A DNA stretch of 64,000 nt from Calditrichia bacterium. GTDB taxonomy: Bacteria; Calditrichota; Calditrichia; RBG-13-44-9; J075. This document shows, piece by piece, positions 59,311 to 64,000 of the stretch (positions are counted from its first letter, which is position 1; each line of letters begins with the position of its first letter). Below the pieces are notes generated by a model. The model saw nothing but the letters and a program-made list of their open reading frames with translations. It searched no databases and was not told where the DNA came from. The translations under genes and the position numbers were made by a program. The DNA lies in contig JBOEGD010000027.1 of assembly GCA_050633245.1 (NCBI GenBank), positions 74,050 to 138,049 on the forward strand, in the 5' to 3' direction.

Positions 59311-60497
59311 GAAAACACCTGCCTATGCTCATCTTCGGCGTGCTGATACTGGTCTTTTTAACGCTCATTGAAATCAGTCGCCCGCCAGAACTCACCTGGC
59401 GCGACAGCTTTTCGCGCACCGAAAAAATACCCTACGGCTCCTATCTCGTATTTGAAGGTCTGAAAGATCTTTTTCCAAACCAGGATATAGAAATTCTGAG
59501 TCAACCAATAGCTAAAACTGCTGACAAGGGCTACTATAAAAACAACGACTCATACTACACTTATTTTTTCATCGATTCAGAGTTGGAAATGGATCACTAT
59601 GATATTTCTGACATACTCTGGCTTGCCGCAGAGGGAAATACGGTTTTTCTGGCGGCCAATACCTTTAGCCAGGCCATTATGGATAGCCTGCACTTCAGTA
59701 CCAGACCGGCTCTGAATTTTGATGAAGACTCAGCAAAAGTTACTCTTTATGGCGGTAGCTCAGCATCTCACCGGACGTTTATTTACCCTTATGAATTGGG
59801 CAACGAATATTTTCTGGAAGTTGATACTACTCATGTACAAATACTCGGTACCAATTCTGATGGCAGGCCAAACATGCTGCGACAACAAGTCGGAGATGGA
59901 ACTGTTTATATAAATTTAGTACCACATGCTTTTACCAACTACTATATGGTAGACAAGACCAACTACGCTTATATCGAGCACGCCTTCTCCTTCCTCCCCC
60001 GACAGCATTTACTTTGGGATGAATATTATAAAGACGTTAGAAGAAACATACCACAAACCTCATTGCGCTTTATCTTAAGTGATCAATCCCTTCGTTACGC
60101 CTACTACCTGATGTGGGCATCTGTTCTACTATTTATGATCTTTCAGGGAAGACGAATTCAGCGAATTATTCCGGTAAAAAAACCACTGGAAAACACAACG
60201 CTGCAGTTTATTGATACGGTCAGTCGCCTCTATTTTCAAAATGGCGATCACAAGAATCTCGCAGAAAAGCAGATAATACATTTCAAAGAACACCTGAGAC
60301 AGCAGTATGGAATAAATACAGACGACATTACTTCTCATAGCATCGAATTGCTAAGTCGGCGCAGTGGCCTTCCACAGCAAGATTTGGAAAAAACCTTTGC
60401 ACTTATGAAAAGAATTAGCTCGCAGGAAGCCATTTTAGAGTCCGAGCTTCAAAGTTTGAACAAAGAAATTGAAATCGTTTATCAAATAAGCAGGTGA
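59307..60497 (+). CDS. DUF4350-like protein (N-terminal TM, extracytoplasmic domain, C-terminal TM)
   Basis: 396 aa; two TM segments (residues ~7-28 and ~275-295) bracketing a soluble domain. Confidence 0.4.
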   Translation: MRKHLPMLIFGVLILVFLTLIEISRPPELTWRDSFSRTEKIPYGSYLVFEGLKDLFPNQDIEILSQPIAKTADKGYYKNNDSYYTYFFIDSELEMDHYDISDILWLAAEGNTVFLAANTFSQAIMDSLHFSTRPALNFDEDSAKVTLYGGSSASHRTFIYPYELGNEYFLEVDTTHVQILGTNSDGRPNMLRQQVGDGTVYINLVPHAFTNYYMVDKTNYAYIEHAFSFLPRQHLLWDEYYKDVRRNIPQTSLRFILSDQSLRYAYYLMWASVLLFMIFQGRRIQRIIPVKKPLENTTLQFIDTVSRLYFQNGDHKNLAEKQIIHFKEHLRQQYGINTDDITSHSIELLSRRSGLPQQDLEKTFALMKRISSQEAILESELQSLNKEIEIVYQISR

Positions 60498-61483
60498 TTA
60501 GAATGGAAGAGCAAGGCATGTTTGCGAACAGAGTAGACTTATCGGCCCTTCAACAATCCGTTGAAGAGGTGCGCATAGAAGTGCGAAAACTGATAGTCGG
60601 CCAGGAGAAGATGGTTCAGTTGATGATTGCCGCGATTCTCGCAGATGGGCATATCCTTCTCGAAGGCGTTCCCGGTGTAGCCAAAACGCTTGCGGCAAAG
60701 CTGCTGGCGCGCACGTTTAAGGCAAACTTTTCGCGTATTCAATTTACACCCGATCTGATGCCTTCGGATGTGGTCGGTACTTCGATTTTTAATGCAAAGG
60801 CAGGGAACTTCGAATTTCGCCAGGGCCCCGTTTTTTCCAATCTGGTGTTAATCGACGAAATAAACCGCGCACCAGCAAAAACTCAGTCTGCACTATTCGA
60901 AGTAATGGAAGAACGCCAAGTTACTGTAGATGGCACGACTTATCAAATGGAAGAGCCCTTTATGGTAATTGCGACGCAAAACCCGATTGAACAAGAAGGC
61001 ACCTACCAGCTTCCCGAAGCCCAGCTCGACCGCTTTCTATTTAAGATCGATGTTGGCTACCCCACACTGGAAGAAGAAAAACTTATTCTGGCAGAATTTC
61101 ATGCGCGCAAAAACCGCAACGACCTGAGCGTGGTAAAGCAGATTCTGGATCAAAAAAAGATTGCCGCATACAGACAGACCGTCAGCATGATTCATATTGG
61201 AGACGAGCTGCTGGATTATATTGCACGCATTACCGATCTTTCACGTAACCACAGCTCGTTGTTTCTTGGTGGCTCACCGCGAGCATCTCTGGCTATTATG
61301 ACAAGCGCGAAAGCCTTTGCTGCTCTATCGGGCAGAGATTTTGTAACACCCGATGACATCAAAAACGTGGTTACGCCGGTTTTAAGACATCGCATCCAGC
61401 TCACGCCGGAGCGAGAAATGGAAGGCATGACCACTGACGGCGCCATTAGCCAAATCATCGAAACGGTAGAGGTGCCGCGCTAA
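60494..61483 (+). CDS. MoxR-family AAA+ ATPase
   Basis: Walker A LLEGVPGVAKT; Walker B LIDEINRA; typical MoxR length (329 aa) and C-terminal helical domain. Confidence 0.9.
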   Translation: MIRMEEQGMFANRVDLSALQQSVEEVRIEVRKLIVGQEKMVQLMIAAILADGHILLEGVPGVAKTLAAKLLARTFKANFSRIQFTPDLMPSDVVGTSIFNAKAGNFEFRQGPVFSNLVLIDEINRAPAKTQSALFEVMEERQVTVDGTTYQMEEPFMVIATQNPIEQEGTYQLPEAQLDRFLFKIDVGYPTLEEEKLILAEFHARKNRNDLSVVKQILDQKKIAAYRQTVSMIHIGDELLDYIARITDLSRNHSSLFLGGSPRASLAIMTSAKAFAALSGRDFVTPDDIKNVVTPVLRHRIQLTPEREMEGMTTDGAISQIIETVEVPR

Positions 61484-61499
61484 GGCGCAGCAGAGAACC

Positions 61500-62822
61500 A
61501 TGCGTAATTTGTCTTTCACCAGTCAGTTTTACCTCTTATGTGGCCTGCTTGTCAGCGGGTTTACACTGGGCTTCGTATGGCCGGTCTTTTTTAACCTATG
61601 CAAACTGGCACTGTATATTTTTGGCGGATTTATTATTCTTGATGCACTCCTACTCTTCCTTTTAGACGGTGGTGTTCGCGCTGAAAGAACATGCCCGGAG
61701 CGCTTATCGAATGGTGATGCCAACGAAATAAAGATGTCTATTTACAATGACTTTAAGTTTCGCAGCACAATTCGCATTATTGATGAAGTTCCGGTTCAGC
61801 TCCAAATTCGAAATTTCCTAAGAAACACGGTTATAGAAGCGGAATCCAACCAAAGCTTTAGCTATACTTTACGTCCCGTGGAACGCGGTGAATATCATTT
61901 CGGAGACATTATTTGTCTTGCAGAGAGTCCGTTAAAACTCCTGCGAAGACGTTTTGCAGCGCCTGCGGCTCAGATGGTGCCGGTATATCCCTCGTTCATT
62001 CAGATGCGACGCTATGAAATGATGGCAATATCCAATCGCCTCAGCGAGGTTGGCATCAAACGCATTCGCCGTCTTGGTCATACCATGGAATTCGATCAGA
62101 TTCGCGAATATGTGCCGGGAGACGACATACGCACTATCAACTGGCAGGCAACTGCCCGCAAAACCAGTCTGATGGTCAACAGCTATGAAGATGAGCGTTC
62201 ACAGCATATTTACAGCGTTATCAATATGGGCCGCGTTATGCAGATGCCCTTCGATGGTCTCAGCCTGCTGGATTATGCAATAAATGCCAGTCTAGTTATT
62301 TCCAATATCGCTATGCGCAAGCAGGATAAAGCGGGCGTCATTACCTTTTCCAACAGGGTAATCGACTTTCTAAAGGCACAGCGGCAGCCGGCGCATATGG
62401 CGCGAATATTAGAACTTCTTTATCGCCAGGAAACCCAATTCAAAGAATCTGATTATGAGGCCCTCTTCCTCAGTATGCTAAAGCGGCTTACTCAGAGGAG
62501 CTTGATTTTACTATTCAGCAACTTCGAAACGCTCTCCGGCTTACGCAGACAGCTGGCATCGATGCAGCGCCTGGCTCGACACCATGTTTTGGTGGTGGTC
62601 TTTTTCGAGAACATTGAGATGACAAACTTGCTACGGCAGAACGCATCTTCAACAGAAGATATTTATCTTCACACTATCGCGCGTCAATTCTCCTTCGAAA
62701 AGAGGCAGATTGTGAAGGAACTACAGCGTTATGGCATTCACAGCATACTAACTGCACCGGAGAACCTAACGGTTAATGCCCTAAACAAGTATCTGTATCT
62801 CAAAGCGCGCGGCATAATTTAA
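61500..62822 (+). CDS. DUF58 (vWA-like) protein, the usual MoxR partner
   Basis: Motif REYVPGDDIRTINWQATARKT matches the DUF58 signature (GDD.R.IdWkatAR); N-terminal TM helices. Confidence 0.8.
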   Translation: MRNLSFTSQFYLLCGLLVSGFTLGFVWPVFFNLCKLALYIFGGFIILDALLLFLLDGGVRAERTCPERLSNGDANEIKMSIYNDFKFRSTIRIIDEVPVQLQIRNFLRNTVIEAESNQSFSYTLRPVERGEYHFGDIICLAESPLKLLRRRFAAPAAQMVPVYPSFIQMRRYEMMAISNRLSEVGIKRIRRLGHTMEFDQIREYVPGDDIRTINWQATARKTSLMVNSYEDERSQHIYSVINMGRVMQMPFDGLSLLDYAINASLVISNIAMRKQDKAGVITFSNRVIDFLKAQRQPAHMARILELLYRQETQFKESDYEALFLSMLKRLTQRSLILLFSNFETLSGLRRQLASMQRLARHHVLVVVFFENIEMTNLLRQNASSTEDIYLHTIARQFSFEKRQIVKELQRYGIHSILTAPENLTVNALNKYLYLKARGII

Positions 62823-62833
62823 CGGGAAGAGTA

Positions 62834-63571
62834 ATGGAAACCATTCATATCCAAACCAGCCAGAACGTAACGATTACTTTCGAGCTTGCGGGAATTGGTG
62901 ATCGCATTGCAGCAAGCCTTATAGATCTGGCTATCATTATTGGCTATGTTCTATTCGCTTCCACCATTGTTGGTGGAGTAGGCCTTGGCAGCTGGGGAAT
63001 TTGGACACTTATTATGCTGCCGATATTTTTTTATGATTTGGTACTTGAAATCGCAATGGAAGGGCAAACGATTGGCAAGCGGGCACGTCGCATCCGCGTG
63101 GCCAATGTGGATGGTTCTGCACCGACATTTACCGCCTATCTATTGCGCTGGATTATTCGCCCGGTTGAAGTGGTTATGGCACTGGGTGTCGTTGCGATGA
63201 CAACCATCCTGCTGAATAATCGCGGACAGCGCCTCGGAGACATTGCTGCAAACACGACTGTCATAAAAGTTGGAAAACGGCTAAGCCTGGAAGACACGCT
63301 TTATACAAATATTGAAGAAAACTACGTTCCTGTTTACCGACAGGCTGCTGACTTGGAAGCAAAAGAAGTTGAAATGATAAAGGACGTTCTCAGAGCAAGA
63401 CTTTACGCAAGCGATCGTAAGACCTTCGACAAAATTGCCCGAAAAGCTCGGCTTGCCATCGAAGCCAGGCTTAAAATAATACATACTGAGTCAACTACAA
63501 CACAACTTGATGTTCCCTTTTTGGAAGCGATATTAAAAGACTATAATGCGATTACCAGTGGTTTAGTGTAA
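62834..63571 (+). CDS. RDD-family membrane protein
   Basis: Three TM segments with conserved Arg and Asp positions (..RLGDIAANTTVIK); last gene of the operon. Confidence 0.6.
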   Translation: METIHIQTSQNVTITFELAGIGDRIAASLIDLAIIIGYVLFASTIVGGVGLGSWGIWTLIMLPIFFYDLVLEIAMEGQTIGKRARRIRVANVDGSAPTFTAYLLRWIIRPVEVVMALGVVAMTTILLNNRGQRLGDIAANTTVIKVGKRLSLEDTLYTNIEENYVPVYRQAADLEAKEVEMIKDVLRARLYASDRKTFDKIARKARLAIEARLKIIHTESTTTQLDVPFLEAILKDYNAITSGLV

Positions 63572-63766
63572 AGCCTCTTGGCTTTCAGCCTGATTAAAAG
63601 ACAAAAGTTTAATTTTCATCAGGCAACTCAGTTTTAAATTCGCTATACTATATGCCTTTCAGGTGGTTTTCCAAGCTGAAACTAATCACCAAAAATGGAG
63701 TTTAGTTATGTGTAAAAGAATCAGGACAGCTAACAGAGTAGCTGAAACACTCAGTCGAAAGCAGTT

Positions 63767-63894
63767 ATGAAAAAGAACAGTATTTTATTCTTGCTCACTC
63801 CCCTTCTCTTTATATTCTCGCTGGGATTCGGGCAGGAAATTCAGTCTGATTCCACTGTCGTGGAACGTCCAAAATTCTCCATGACACCTACATG
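63767..63894 (+). CDS. short ORF encoding a signal peptide plus 20 residues, then a stop; possibly truncated or frameshifted, or interrupted by the GC-rich element that follows
   Basis: MKKNSILFLLTPLLFIFSLGFGQEIQSDSTVVERPKFSMTPT*; a +1 frame stays open from 63896 to the window end. Confidence 0.25.
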
Positions 63895-64000
63895 AGTAGG
63901 CTGACCCGGCGAGGGTGCGCCGCTCCGTGGGAGCGGGATTCATACAAAGTGGAGATTTTCAGGACGTTATGTGGATACCGAACTGGATCGTCCGCAATGG

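Noticed and set aside
1-64000. tRNA, rRNA, tmRNA and RNase P genes in intergenic regions
   Set aside because: No T-loop-like GGTTCGAATCC-type motifs or cloverleaf-sized conserved blocks were found in the intergenic spacers. All longer non-coding stretches look like promoter or UTR sequence.

Overview
Densely coded ~64 kb chromosomal window, about 45-50% GC, with genes on both strands. All three large secreted proteins end in a T9SS type-A C-terminal sorting domain (...NYPNPFNPST...LLK). This points to an FCB-group genome (Bacteroidetes, Ignavibacteria or similar). No rRNA, tRNA, CRISPR, transposase or integrase was recognised. Main content, left to right: (1) a proline-racemase-superfamily gene, cut by the window edge, with the Cys/Thr catalytic pair typical of trans-3-hydroxy-L-proline dehydratases. 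(2) A polysaccharide deacetylase and a large beta-propeller/HisKA_3 sensor kinase. (3) Two tandem paralogous T9SS-secreted proteins separated by a heptanucleotide repeat. (4) A minus-strand operon: ABC ATPase, ABC-2 permease fused to an M1 aminopeptidase, LytS-type kinase, LytTR regulator. (5) A putative copper-handling cluster: small Cys-rich secreted protein, MbnP-like lipoprotein, di-heme cytochrome c peroxidase (MbnH/MauG-like) and an outer-membrane beta-barrel with an N-terminal CCxxCxC motif. (6) A complete polyphosphate operon, ppk2 (two-domain PAP type), CHAD, orphan parA, ppk1, ppx. (7) A lower-GC ~2.3 kb islet encoding paralogous membrane proteins of unknown function plus a gene fragment. 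(8) Housekeeping genes: GNAT, htpG, RluA-family pseudouridine synthase, glutamate dehydrogenase, proline dehydrogenase, lspA. (9) Outer-membrane-themed genes: an HExxH/PD40/Omp85-like fusion, a BamB-like PQQ lipoprotein and a PEGA protein. (10) A PP2C-TPR membrane phosphatase next to a 1356-aa repeat-rich T9SS surface protein. (11) A penicillin/AHL-acylase-family Ntn hydrolase flanked by two heptanucleotide tandem repeat arrays, one carrying GATC in every unit. (12) A MutS-ATPase-domain membrane protein and a cupin. (13) The conserved SpoIIM-like/DUF4129-like/DUF4350-like/MoxR/DUF58/RDD operon. The most interesting candidates for something new are the ParA-containing polyphosphate operon, the LytSR-linked transporter-peptidase module, the orphan membrane-protein islet, the MbnPH-like cluster with a Cys-motif outer membrane protein, and the promoter-proximal heptamer repeat arrays.
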